In this document: piece by piece, positions 35,011 to 46,340 of the stretch
Layout of the letters: each line of letters starts with the position of its first letter
Position numbering within the stretch: the stretch's first letter is position 1
Origin: Octopus sinensis
Lineage: Eukaryota
DNA length: 64,000 nucleotides
Assembly (NCBI RefSeq): GCF_006345805.1
Contig: NC_043007.1
Location: 70,370,001 to 70,434,000 of the forward strand
Reading direction: 5' to 3'
Translations under genes and position numbers: made by a program
The notes under the pieces: model-generated
The model's database searches: none
Told to the model about the DNA's origin: nothing
Seen by the model: the letters and a program-made list of their open reading frames with translations, nothing else

Positions 35011-35381
35011 GAATCTCCGTCTTCGTCTTGATTATATAAGTCATCAACGTTGGACTGAGTAAAAAATCCATCGTCCTGCTCATCATGAGAGATGATAGTA
35101 GATGATGATGATATTGACGAAGGTGGTTTGGCTTCAGATGTTGGTTTACAAACTGAGGGCTGGATAAGGTCTTTACAGTCGCCAGTCTCAGGAATAGCAG
35201 CCAAGTCAGATCTGAGGATTTCGTTACATGAACTCCCCGATGACGGTTTTTCTTCTATGTCCACCGAACCGCTTGAAGATGCGGAATAATTGCTATAGTA
35301 AGCAGAATCAAATGACTGAGAGTCGACGTTTATTTTCTTGAAGTTTCTCTCAAGACGAAGAATGTCGTCTCGTAGTTCCAT
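35011..35381 (-). CDS. NFKBIA: IkappaB (NF-kB inhibitor alpha/cactus-like) exon 1, signal-response domain; full CDS join 35381-35011, 33185-32869, 32518-32430, 31776-31540, 31056-31015 = 351 aa
   Basis: MELRDD...FKKINVDSQSFDSAYYS...DEDGD, donor TC|GTAAGT. Splicing gives DEDGDSVLHMAII, like IkBa EDGDSFLHLAII. Exact orthology (alpha vs epsilon vs cactus) is not resolved. Confidence 0.9.
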
Positions 35382-35580
35382 GGTTTAACAGAAATTAGGG
35401 CAAACCACGAAAAAACCAATTATGAAAAGATAGAAATCTGCAGCAAACCTGTGTATGATATAAAACACACAGACTGCAAAACAAAAAGTGCAGTAAACCA
35501 CTGGGTTAATTAACCAGTTCCTAATTAATTGCTACAAGGCGTATGTATGTTACAGTCCGTCTTGTTTCTTTCTTGTGCAG

Positions 35581-35672
35581 CAATGACTATGAGAATGACT
35601 GAGTTACTTTTATATACATCCGAAGATAATGTATGTAGGGAAAAACCAAAATAAAACAAGCAATATGATTGG
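35581..35672 (-). promoter_or_regulatory. IkappaB core promoter: CCAAT, kB-like site, TATA box, Inr-like
   Basis: Minus-strand CCAAT at 35672-35668, GGGAAAAACC at 35638-35647, TATATAAAAG at 35616-35607, TCATTG at 35586-35581 (canonical spacing). Confidence 0.6.
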
Positions 35673-36139
35673 ATGACGGCTTCACCTCTTACTCCCATTA
35701 TAACTAATACCACTCCTCTCTCTCAATGCTTTATCTTTTTCCTCCCACTTTCTGTTATTTCCAATTCTTCATAAAAATGTTATTTCCCGTGCTGGGGTAA
35801 TTTATGAATTTTTTTTTAGGATTTCCTTATCGACAATAATAATTTTACCTATAGTTTCCCCTTTTAAGTGAATACCGACCTGAATCACTGGAAATATTCT
35901 TAAAAGAGAAACGAAATCAATTCTGTCATTCATTTTCCTTAGTTCGTGATTACCCAAGATTTCATTTTATTCATTGAACTTGTAAATTTTACCCATTTTC
36001 TTTCTTTTTTTTCTTTTTAGGTTGTAGAAGTGTGATTCAAGGGAATATTGCTATTTCCAGCGAGTCGAGAAATCACGTAGAGGTTCATTCGTAGATGTGA
36101 TTAGCCTATGACTGCGTGTGCGTGTGTGTGTGCATGTCC

Positions 36140-36525
36140 ATTTTTACGTTCTGAGTTCAAATTCCATCGGGGTCGACTTTGCATTTCTTCTTTTCGAGAT
36201 TGATAAAATATTGGGGTCGATGTAATCGACTTACACCCTCTCCCGAAATTGCTTGTGCCAAAATTTGAAACCAGCATCTAGTAGAAGCAACACAGTGACT
36301 CAAGGGCCGAGAGTTTCGTGCCTCTCTACTACAGGCACAAGGCCTGAAATTTTAATGGAGGGACTAGTCGATTGAATTCACCCCAGTGATCGACAAGTAC
36401 TTATTTCCTCAAGACAAAGTCGACTTAGCCGGAATTTTAACTCAGAACGTAAAGACAGACGAAATGCTTCTTAGCATGTTGTCCAGAGTGCCAACGATTC
36501 TGCTGCTCGCTGCCTTCCAATTATT
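36140..36525. mobile_element. Tail-to-tail pair of family-B-related SINE fragments (+ then -)
   Basis: GTTCTGAGTTCAAATTCC...GGGGTCGAT on +, and the reverse complement GTCGACTTAGCCGGAATTTTAACTCAGAACG on -. Confidence 0.7.
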
Positions 36526-36834
36526 AATAAATTGATCATTCTTGCTCCCTACAGCTGTTTCCATTTGTGCTCATTAAATAAATTATAAATTTATGCTTTA
36601 AATTTGCATTTATAAGATATGAGTAAAATATCATCAGGGAAAAAAGATATACATTAAAAGATTACATGTTGACCTCTTAGTTCATACCAGTTAACTAAAT
36701 AAATGGAGTTATTTTATTTTTATTTTTGTGTGTGCGTGAATGTTAATGGATTAATTTGAATATAATAATTTTTTTAAATAAAGTAAAATAAATAAATAAG
36801 ATAGAATATATATATGTATTCCCAGACCGGGCTG

Positions 36835-37070
36835 AATATTGTGTTCTTGAGCAAGACACTTTATTTAATATTGCTCCAGTTCACTCAGCTGTAGAAAGGA
36901 GTTGCGGCATCACTGGTGCCAAGCTGTATTGGCCTTTGCCTTTCCCTTGGATAACATCAGTGGTGTGGAGAGGGGAGACTGGTATGCATAGGTGACTGCT
37001 GGTCTTCCATAAACAACCTTGCCTGGACTAGTGTCTTGAAGGGTAACTTTCTCGGTGCAGTCCCATGGTC
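36835..37070 (+). mobile_element. CORE-like SINE fragment (another family)
   Basis: GTGTTCTTGAGCAAGACACTTTAT...GCTCCAGTTCACTCAGCTGTA. Confidence 0.55.
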
Positions 37071-37104
37071 AAAGGACAATGCAGCTTGGCACCAGTGATA
37101 CCTA

Positions 37105-37320
37105 TTTCTTTACTACCCACAAGGGGCTAAACACAAAGGGAACAAACAAGGACAGACACACGGATTAAGTCCATTGCATCAACTCCAGTGCGTAACTGGT
37201 ACTTAATTTATCGACCCCGAAAGGATGAAAGGCAAAGTCGACCTCGGCGGAATTTGAACTCAGAACGTAACGACAGACAAAATACGGCTACGCATTTCAC
37301 CCGGCGTGCTAACGTTTCGC
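37105..37320 (-). mobile_element. SINE family B
   Basis: Reverse complement of the family B consensus (TTTCTTTACTACCCACAAGGGGCTAAAC...GAACTCAGAACGTAACG). Confidence 0.85.
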
Positions 37321-38396
37321 TTCAACTCCTTTCTACAGCTGAGTGAACTGGAGCAAAAGTTTTGTTTTAAAGACACTGGTAGTTTAATCAAAATAGAACT
37401 GCAAATTTTTATCACAAACTGTACATAATTTATCAGTCTCACATACACACACACAAGGTGGGGGGGGATACGTGCCTATATCCAAATATATATATAGAGA
37501 GAGAGGTGAGGAGATATATGCCTATATCCAAATATATATGTATAAATGGAGTTAAACACAGGTGTTATTCAAATTCTTTTACTGCTGAAATATGTTTTGA
37601 AGACAACATTGGTATTATTCCAGAAGGAATAAAATGGTGTAAAACAATGCAATCTTCTCATCAGAGAAAGAAAGAAACCAAACACATCAATAAAACATTT
37701 TAACAGAATGTGGTGACTGTGTATATGATGAAGGAAATGATATCAAGTTTTTTTTTTTAAACTATTAGTAGATATAAAATCAAAGATAATTTATAGAAAG
37801 AGAGAGAAAGAAATTAGCAGAAAACTAATAGTGGGGAGCTTAAAAGTGTGAAAGTAGATATATTTAGTGGAAGTGCAATGTAAGAAGACAGTCAAAGGTT
37901 GAATGTTATAGAATGGTAGAAATCACTTATAGGAACTAAAGGTATGTTCCTGGCAATGTTTGAAATGATAAATGCATTTTATAAACATGTTTACAAGAGG
38001 ATTCTTTGAGAATAGGATAAAAAACATTTCACTTTTACAAAGCAAGCACAACAATTTACCTTTATCATAAGGAAAAGAAATGGAGAGAATATTCCATTCC
38101 AAATTAAATTGTTTATTATGATCTTTTAGATACCAGATTAATTTACTAAGCCCAGTATTATTACATTTATTGATATGCCTAAATGTAGAGTAATGATTAG
38201 ATATTCTTTAGAACAAGTGAAATGAAGAACTACCTATATAAAAAAAGATGTCAGAACCAGAAGTAATTTTACATTGATAAATAGAGTTTCTAGTCTTAGA
38301 ATTACTGCTAAAAAAAACGAATATATTAATTTATATAAATATAAATTTAATATATGTATATGTATGTATATACATATATATATTATATATATAATA

Positions 38397-38457
<61 letters not shown>

Positions 38458-38476
38458 GTATGTGTGTGTGTGTGCA

Positions 38477-39110
38477 CAAGTTTTATTTAGTCATATCTCG
38501 TAGCTTTAATGTTGACTACATTCTCATTGTAAGATAATCAGTCTGCAGTGTCGTTACTTCCTTTCATTATAGTGTAAATAAACATTTTTGTAACAAGAGT
38601 TTAATAATTTATTCTCCAAAAGAAAATATTGTTAGCTTTGCTCTAAAACAACTTTGGAAATGCCACTGGTGTTGTTCTGCATTATAGTCATTTAATATCT
38701 TGCATAGAGCACAAGGTACGGCAGAGAACACCAGCAATCAAAGCTTTCCCTCTCAATGACCTCTTTCTATAGAAACCTATAGAAGCTTGGTAAAACCCAG
38801 CTAGCTGAGAGTAGGCATGTGTATAGGTGTGTAGGCCTCTTTGTACTATGCACGTTATAAAATTCAATGACGATGAACATAGGAAAATGAAACTTTTAAT
38901 GTCTGAAAATAAAACAAAATAAAAAGAGCAGAAAAACAACCAGATGATTCTACCATAAATAGAAAAAGTAAAATATAAGTAATAACTATTTAAGTAACGA
39001 GACTTTAATTACATTTGTGATCATCGATTACGTTTAAACATTGTCTTTTTATATTACCAGGTGCTGGCATAAATAATTTGGGGTGCAAACTGAAGTTTAA
39101 TGAAATGAGT
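38477..39110. repeat. Segment duplicated (diverged direct copy) at 45490-46340
   Basis: Shared blocks CAAGTTTTATTTAGTCATATCTCGTAGC, CTGCAGTGTCGTTACTTCC, CCAGGTGCTGGCATAAATAATTTGG. Confidence 0.9.
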
Positions 39111-39230
39111 ATTAACTGAAACAGCTGTAAGTGAAGATGGTTAATCTGCTGATAATAATAAACAATTATTAACTTCCCAATCTCCATTTTCTTTTTCTTA
39201 TTTTTCTTTTATATATATATATATATATAT

Positions 39231-40428
39231 CAACAATCAAGGAACGGCCATAATAGGCCATTCACCCACTAGAAATAACAGCCAAAGCTTCAACTGCAAA
39301 TAAAAGTCAATTCCGTAAACAGGAGAAAATTTAAAAAACATTTACCCTGTAATTTCTTATACGATGCACCGTTTCGTCTGCTGTTTAATGGTAAACTAAC
39401 CTGATTAAATTAAATCAAGCCAATCTTCCATAGGCCCTCAGATTCTTCAGTAAGAAATAGCCACAAGTCGGAACAGATATTTTCACGAGGCATTTCCGAC
39501 CCTGCCAAGTTAATATCTGACCTAAAATTTTCAAATCATCGCACTCGCGCCAAATTATCGGCAGCAAATAAATATAAGCCGTCGATTCCATTACGGAATT
39601 AACCAGAAAATTCATAATTAATCAATATAGGGTGCCAAAAAAATTTTGTAGAATTTTTTTGCCACCAGCGGCCTAGTGGGAAAAAATTAAATAGTCATAT
39701 ACCATTTTTAAGTTCAACATCAACAATCAAGGAACGGCCATAATAGGCCATTCACCCACTAGAAATAACAGCCAAAGCTTCAACCGCAAATAAAAGTCAA
39801 TTCCGTAAACAGGAGAAAATTTAAAAAACATTTACCCTGTAATTTCTTATACGATGCACCGTTTCGTCTGCTGTTTAATGGTAAACTAACCTGATTAAAT
39901 TAAATTAAATTTTGGCACCCTATTTTGATTAATTATGAATTTTCTGGTTAATTCCGTAATGGAATCGACGGCTTATATTTATTTGCTGCCGATAAATTTG
40001 GCGCGAGTGCGATGATTTGAAAATTTTAGGTCAGATATTAACTTGGCAGGGTCGGAAATGCCTCGTGAAAATATCTGTTCCGACTTGTGGCTATTTCTTA
40101 CTGAAGAATCTGAGGGCCTATGGAAGATTGGCTTGATTTAATTTAATCAGGTTAGTTTACCATTAAACAGCAGACGAAACGGTGCATCGTATAAGAAATT
40201 ACAGGGTAAATGTTTTTTAAATTTTCTCCTGTTTACGGAATTGACTTTTATTTGCGGTTGAAGCTTTGGCTGTTATTTCTAGTGGGTGAATGGCCTATTA
40301 TGGCCGTTCCTTGATTGTTGATGTTGAACTTAAAAATGGTATATGACTATTTAATTTTTTCCCACTAGGCCGCTGGTGGCAAAAAAATTCTACAAAATTT
40401 TTTTGGCACCCTATATTGATTAATTATA
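39231..40428. repeat. Fold-back structure: 490-bp tandem unit followed by its inverted tandem copy, near-identical
   Basis: CAACAATCAAGGAACGGCC at 39231 and 39721; 39910-40428 is the reverse complement of the same unit in permuted order. Confidence 0.9.
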
Positions 40429-40631
40429 TATATATATATGTATATAGTACTTGAAATACGAGAGTAGGAAAATAGCCAACAACTGATGAAGGATCATTTC
40501 TTGTGTTTGTTTTGTTTTCCATTTGAGTCTTTCATTGTTCAAAAAAATAGTTCATGTTCCATGTAATCATACTTTGTATATTTTGTGTTGTACATATTTC
40601 GTGACATCCGGTGACCTCATATGCACATATA

Positions 40632-41716
40632 TCATCATCATCATCATCATCATTTAACGTCCGTTCTCCATGCTAGCATGGGTTGGACGGTTCGACCGGG
40701 GATCTGGGAAGCCAGAAGGCTGCACCAGGCTCCAGTCTTATCTGGCAATGTTTCTACAGCTGGATGCCCTTCCTAACGCCAACCACTCCGTGAGTGTAGT
40801 GGGTGCTTTTTACGTGCCACCTGCACAGGTCCCACGTGAGGCTGGCAACGGCCACGGTTGGATTGGTGCATTTTACGTGCCACCGGCACGGAAGCCAGTC
40901 GAGGCGGCACTGGCTTCGGCCACGATTCGGATGGTGCTTTTTACGTGCCACCGGCATGGAGGCCAGTCGAGGCGGAGCTGGCATCAGCCACGATTCGGAT
41001 AGTGCTTTTTACGTACCACCAGTCCAGGGGTCCTGGCATCTGCCGGGTGCCAGTCATAGGATTGGTTCAATTTCGATTCCGATTTTGATTTCACTTGCCC
41101 CAAAAGGTCTTCGCAAGCAAAGGGGGGTTGGCATGGGTGCCTGTCGTCGGATAAGGTTCGATATCGACTTCGCTTGCCTCAACAGGTCTTTGTGTGTCCA
41201 AGGGAGGAAAGGCATGCATAAGTGGGCTGGACTCACTTGTCCTGCCTGGTCTTCTCACGTACAGCATATTTCCAAAGTTCTTGGTCGCTGGTCATTTCCT
41301 CAGTGAGGCCGAAAGTCGTGCTTCACCACCTCATCCCAGGTTTTCCTGGGTCTACATCTTCCACGGGTTCCCTCAACTGCTAGGGATTGGCACTTTTTCA
41401 CACACCTATCTTCATCCATTCTCGCCACATGACCATACCAGTGCAATCGTCTCTCTTGCACACAACTGATGCTTCTTAGGTCCAACATTTCTCTCAAGGT
41501 ACTAACGCTCTGTCGAGTATGCACACTGACATTACACATCCATCGGAGCATACTGGCTTCATTCCTCGCGAGCTTACGCATGTCCTCAGCAGTCACGGCC
41601 CATGTTTCACTGCCATGTAGCATGGCTGTTCGTACACATGCATCATACAGTCTGCCTTTTACTCTGAGCAAGAGGCCTTTAGTCACCAGCAGAGGTAAGA
41701 GCTCCCTAAACTTTGC
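40632..41716 (-). mobile_element. 5'-truncated RTE LINE (ORF2 C-terminus plus long 3' UTR with tandem repeats, (GAT)n tail)
   Basis: RIAWAKFRELLPLL...ACVRTAMLHGSETW...RRLHWYGHVARM...RPRKTWDEVV; CATCATCAT tail at 40632. Confidence 0.9.
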
Positions 41717-41730
41717 CCAGGCTATTCTTA

Positions 41731-41765
<35 letters not shown>

Positions 41766-42039
41766 CTGTTGTGTCTGGGGAGAGTCATTTTCTTTTTGTG
41801 CCTTATAATGTGACACACTCACCAGTAAAATTTCCACTTATTTCTTAATTTAATTTTCCTAAAATTTTCGTTGCGTCTTACAACCTTTTCAATAGCTTTG
41901 AGTCAAAGCTATTGCAAAGATTGCAAGATGCAACAAAAATTTGAGAAAAATAAAAATAAGAAAAAAAGTGGAAATTTTACTGGTGAGTGTGTCACATTAT
42001 AAGGCACAAAAAGAAAATGACTCTCCCCAGACACAACAG
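41766..42039. repeat. About 274-bp palindrome with 73-bp perfect outer arms
   Basis: 41767-41839 is the exact reverse complement of 41966-42038; centre CAATAGCTTTGAGTCAAAGCTATTG. Confidence 0.9.
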
Positions 42040-42111
42040 AATATGCTTCAACACACGAACTCATATAAAGAATCTTGCAAACTAAATCCAAAAGCGAAAT
42101 ATATATATATA

Positions 42112-42790
42112 TCATCATCATCATCGTTTAGCATCCGCTTTCCATGTAATCATACTTTGGTTGGACGGTTCAACTGGGGTCTGGGAAGCCAGAAGGCTGC
42201 ACCAGGCCCAGTCTGATCTGGCAATGTTTCTATGGCTGGATGCCCTTCCTAACGCCAACCACTCCGAGTGGGTGCTTTTTACATGCTACCGGCACAGGTG
42301 CCAGAGGAGGCTGGCAAACGGCCACGATCGAATGTTGCATTTTACGTGCCACCGGCACGGGGTCCAGGCGAGGCTGGAAACAGCCACAATCGGATGGTGC
42401 TTTTTACGTGCCACCGGCACAAGGCCAGTCGGGGCGGCACTGGCAACGGCCACGTTTGGATGGTTCTCTTACATGCCACCAGCACTGGTATCACAGCAGC
42501 AATTTCCATTGATGTTGATCGATTTCGATTTCGATTTTCACTTGCCTCAACAGGTCTTCACAAGTGGAGTTTTGTGTCCCAAGAAGGAAAGGTATGCATA
42601 AGTGGACTGGCTACATCCCATGTAGAGGCCACGGGTTATGGTCTCACTTGTCTTGCCGGGTCTTCTCATGTACAGCATACTTCCAAAGGTCTCGGTCTCT
42701 AGTCATTTCCTCGGTGAGACCTAAATTTCGAAGGTCGTGCTTCACCACCTCGTCCCAGGTTTTCTGGGTCTGCCTCTTCCGATTGAACAC
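42112..42790 (-). mobile_element. 5'-truncated RTE LINE 3' end
   Basis: Same 3' UTR and tail as 40632; the short coding end TWDEVVKHDLR is present. Confidence 0.85.
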
Positions 42791-42817
42791 CATGCATCCT
42801 CTTCCAAGTAAGTTTTA

Positions 42818-42852
<35 letters not shown>

Positions 42853-42877
42853 TAAGTAGCTTGCTTACCAATCACAG

Positions 42878-44283
42878 GGATCTTTTCAATTTGATGGCCA
42901 GATTTTTAAATTAAGTTTTTAAAACTAAACACTTTGAAACTTCGGATACTGATAGAATGTGTCACATAGAACAGGGTTTACTCTTAACGTTTTTGACAAA
43001 GTCTTGTATTTTAGAAATTATTCCATGTTAAAGTTTTCATATTTGGGTAATTTTAACTAATCAATGACGTCTATTCAGCTGAAGAAAATTACAACTGCTG
43101 TTTGCGAATAATAACTTCCAGGTCCACTCCCCTAACAAAACCCTTCTTTAATAACCAGAGATGCTTTTATGGCAACTTAGGTTTGCTGTATCAGGGTTGA
43201 TTTGAGGCTAAATAACAACAAAACTATTATTGAGACAGACCAACAACAGAGCCTGTATGTGGTTGCATAACCTGCTAGAAAAAGTAGCCAAACTTTTTTA
43301 TATACAGAATAGAAAAACCTCTAACCTGTGATATACACGTAGAGTCCATTATGTGTGGGAAGAAAGATGGAATGGACACAGTTGAGACATCTTTGATCAC
43401 TACTGTTCAATTAGATCCAACTTGGGACTAAACAACATGTGACAAAGGGAATGAGATGAGGCCATGACAGAGCCTTTACCTGGTCGCTCGAGTTGCTAGA
43501 AAGAGCAACCAAATCTTCCAGACAAAAAGAAAAATGAAATAGTATCTGAAGTTTCAAAGTGTTTAGTTAAAAAAATCTAATTAAATAATCTGGCGGATCT
43601 TTACCTTTTTTTGACCAACAGATTTCAAAAATAATTTTTTGTAACTAAACACTTTCAAACTTTGGACACTGGTAGAATGTGTCATATAAAACATCTTTTA
43701 CTCTTAGCGTTTTGGAAAAAAGCTTATATTGAGGAAGTTATTTCATGTTAAAGTTGTAGTATTTCAGTAATTTCAACCAATCACTGACGAGTATTCAGCT
43801 GAATAAAATTACTGCTGTTGTTTGTCAACAACAACTTCTGGCAGTGTATATTTCGTTTGTCACTGTTATTTATGACAACCCTAACCCTAAAACCTCAACC
43901 CTAACACCCTAACCCCAAAACCCCAACCCTAACCCTAAAACCTTAAAGCTAAAACCAGTACAAACGCACGAACGATGTCATAAATAACAGTGACAAACGA
44001 AATATAGACTGCGGATAGTTGTTGTTGACAAACAACGGCAGTAATTTTATTAAGCTAAATACACGTTATTGATTGGTTGAAATTACCAAAATACGACAAC
44101 TTTAACACAAAATAACTGCGTAAATATAAACTTTTCTCAAAAACGCTAAGATTAAAAGATGTTTTACATGACATATTCTACCAGTGTCCGAAGATTGAAA
44201 GTGTTTAGTTACAAAAAATTATTTTTTAAATCTCTCGGTCAAAACGTAAAGATCCAATCTGGCCATGAAATTGAAAAGATCCG
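42878..44283. mobile_element. Nested MITE-like elements; the inner copy 43595-44255 has about 285-bp TIRs and a central CCCTAA-like tract
   Basis: Outer ends GGGATCTTTTCAATTTGATGGCCAGATT / AATCTGGCCATGAAATTGAAAAGATCC; inner ends GGATCTTTA / TAAAGATCC. Confidence 0.8.
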
Positions 44284-44514
44284 AATATTGTTTTAACAAC
44301 AGGATAGCTCTGATGGTAATGGATGTGAATAAAAGCGTTCCAGCCATGACCATTTTTTGTTTTATTCTTTTCTAGAAGTAATGAATTCCTGAGCAAACAT
44401 TATAAAATAATATAAACTTGCATTATTGTTTTTTTCTTTTTTTTGAAGACGGAAATTTCATTTTTCTTTATGTCAGGAAGATTTGGCTGCTATTTCTAGC
44501 AACTTGAGTTCATG

Positions 44515-45035
44515 ACCTATTTATGTCCCCATAACTTAGTAGTTTGGCAAAAGAGACCCATAGAATCAGCACTAGACTTACAAAGGATAAATCCTGGGGT
44601 CGATTTGTTTGACTAAAGGCGGAGTTCCAGCATCGCTGCAGTCATGACTGAAACAAATAAACCATGTGCTTACCAACCACATGGTTCCGGGTTCATTCCC
44701 ACTGCATGGCACCTTGGACAAGTGTCTTCTACTATAGCCTCACGCCGACCAAAGCCTTGTGAGTGGATCTGGTAGACAGAAACTGAAGGAAGCCCGTCGT
44801 ATATATGTATGTATATATGTGTATGTGTGTGTGTGTGTTTGTCCCTCCAACATCGCTTGACAACCGATGCTGGTGTGTTTATGTCCCCGTAACTTAGCGG
44901 TTCGGCAAAAGAAACTGATAGAATAAGTACTAGGCTTACAAAGAATAAGTCCTGGGGTCGATTTGCTCGACTAAATGCGGTGCTCCAGCATGGCCGCAGT
45001 CAAATGACTGAAACAAGTAAAAGAAAGTAAAAGAA
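44515..45035 (+). mobile_element. SINE family A (3' half followed by a full copy)
   Basis: Two successive tails; full copy from about 44660. Confidence 0.85.
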
Positions 45036-45489
45036 AGCAATATGCACACACGCACATACATGTATCATGTGGGCGATATTTTCACCCGAGACGTTACAAG
45101 CGTATTTGGTTCATCAAGTGCATCAATTCTGTGTATGTACGGATGTTTACTATATAGCTGACATTTATCAATAGCTTCTCGCGTTGTACTGATGCGCCAT
45201 TTTGTATCATTAATATAAATGTCTGCATTTTTGATGACACGGATATACTAGTGAATATATATTTCCTGTTAAATTGAGTAATCTTATATCTGTATAGCTC
45301 GATGTGTTTATCATTATCCTGAAGTAATCGTATGCTGGTGGAAATATTGAAATAAATATTCGATAATAATTACATGGTGTACCAAATCTCATATGAATTA
45401 ATTTCACTTAAAACTTCTAGCCTTGTTTCAATGCATTTCTATTGTTAAAGTTCCGAAGAGAAAATTTTGATCTAAGCATAGAAACATGA

Positions 45490-46340
45490 CAAGTTTTATT
45501 TAGTCATATCTCGTAGCTTTAATATTGACTACAGCCTGCAGTGTCGTTACTTCCTTTCATTATAGTGTAAATAAACATTAATGTAACAAGAGTTTAATAA
45601 TTTATTCTCCAAAAGAAAATATTGATATTTTGCTCTATTACAGGCATTTAATATCTTGCATAGGGCACAAGGTATGGGAGAGGACACAAGCAATCAAAGC
45701 TTTCCCTCTGAATGACCTCTTTCTATATATTTCTTTACTACACCCAAGGGGCTAAACACAGAGGGGACAAACAAACGGATTAAGTCGATTATATCGACCT
45801 CAGTGCGTAACTGGTACTTAATTTATCGACCCCGAAAAGATGAAAGGCAAGGTCGACGTCGGAGGAATTTGAACACAGAACGTAACGGCAGACGTAATAC
45901 GGCTGCGCATTTCGCCCGTCGTGCTAACTTTTCTGCCAGCTCGCCGCCTTGGTGACCTCTTTCTATAGCAACCTATAGAAGCTTTGTAAAAAACCCAGCT
46001 AGCTGAGTGTTGTGTATATAGACGGGTAGGCCTCTTTGTACTACTATGACATCAATATTTTGCAACACGCATTCAGATATGCACGTCATAAAATTCAATG
46101 ACGATGAAAATAGAAAAATGAAACTTTTAACGTCTGGAAATAAAACAAAATAAAAAGAGCAGAAAAAACAACCAGAGGATTCTGCCATAAATAGAAACGG
46201 TACAATATCTGGCATAACTATTTAAGCAACGAGACTTTAATTACATTTGTAACCGTCGATTATATTTAATCATAGTCATTTTATATTACCAGGTGCTGGC
46301 ATAAATAATTTGGTGAGCAACAAAAGTTTAATGAAATGTC
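45490..46340. repeat. Second copy of the 38477-39110 segment, interrupted by a SINE
   Basis: See the 38477 feature; carries a 36-nt insertion and the SINE. Confidence 0.88.
45728..45952 (-). mobile_element. Full-length SINE family B with 15-bp TSD
   Basis: TSD TGACCTCTTTCTATA at 45713-45727 and 45953-45967; single-copy empty site near 38757. Confidence 0.93.

Noticed and set aside
38688-38939. Protein-coding exon in the duplicated segment (two in-frame indels between copies)
   Set aside because: Substitutions between the copies are almost all non-synonymous and there is a 2-nt frameshift, so there is no sign of purifying selection.
43880-43945. Interstitial telomere marking a chromosome fusion
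   Set aside because: Short degenerate tract enclosed by MITE TIRs; no head-to-head long arrays.
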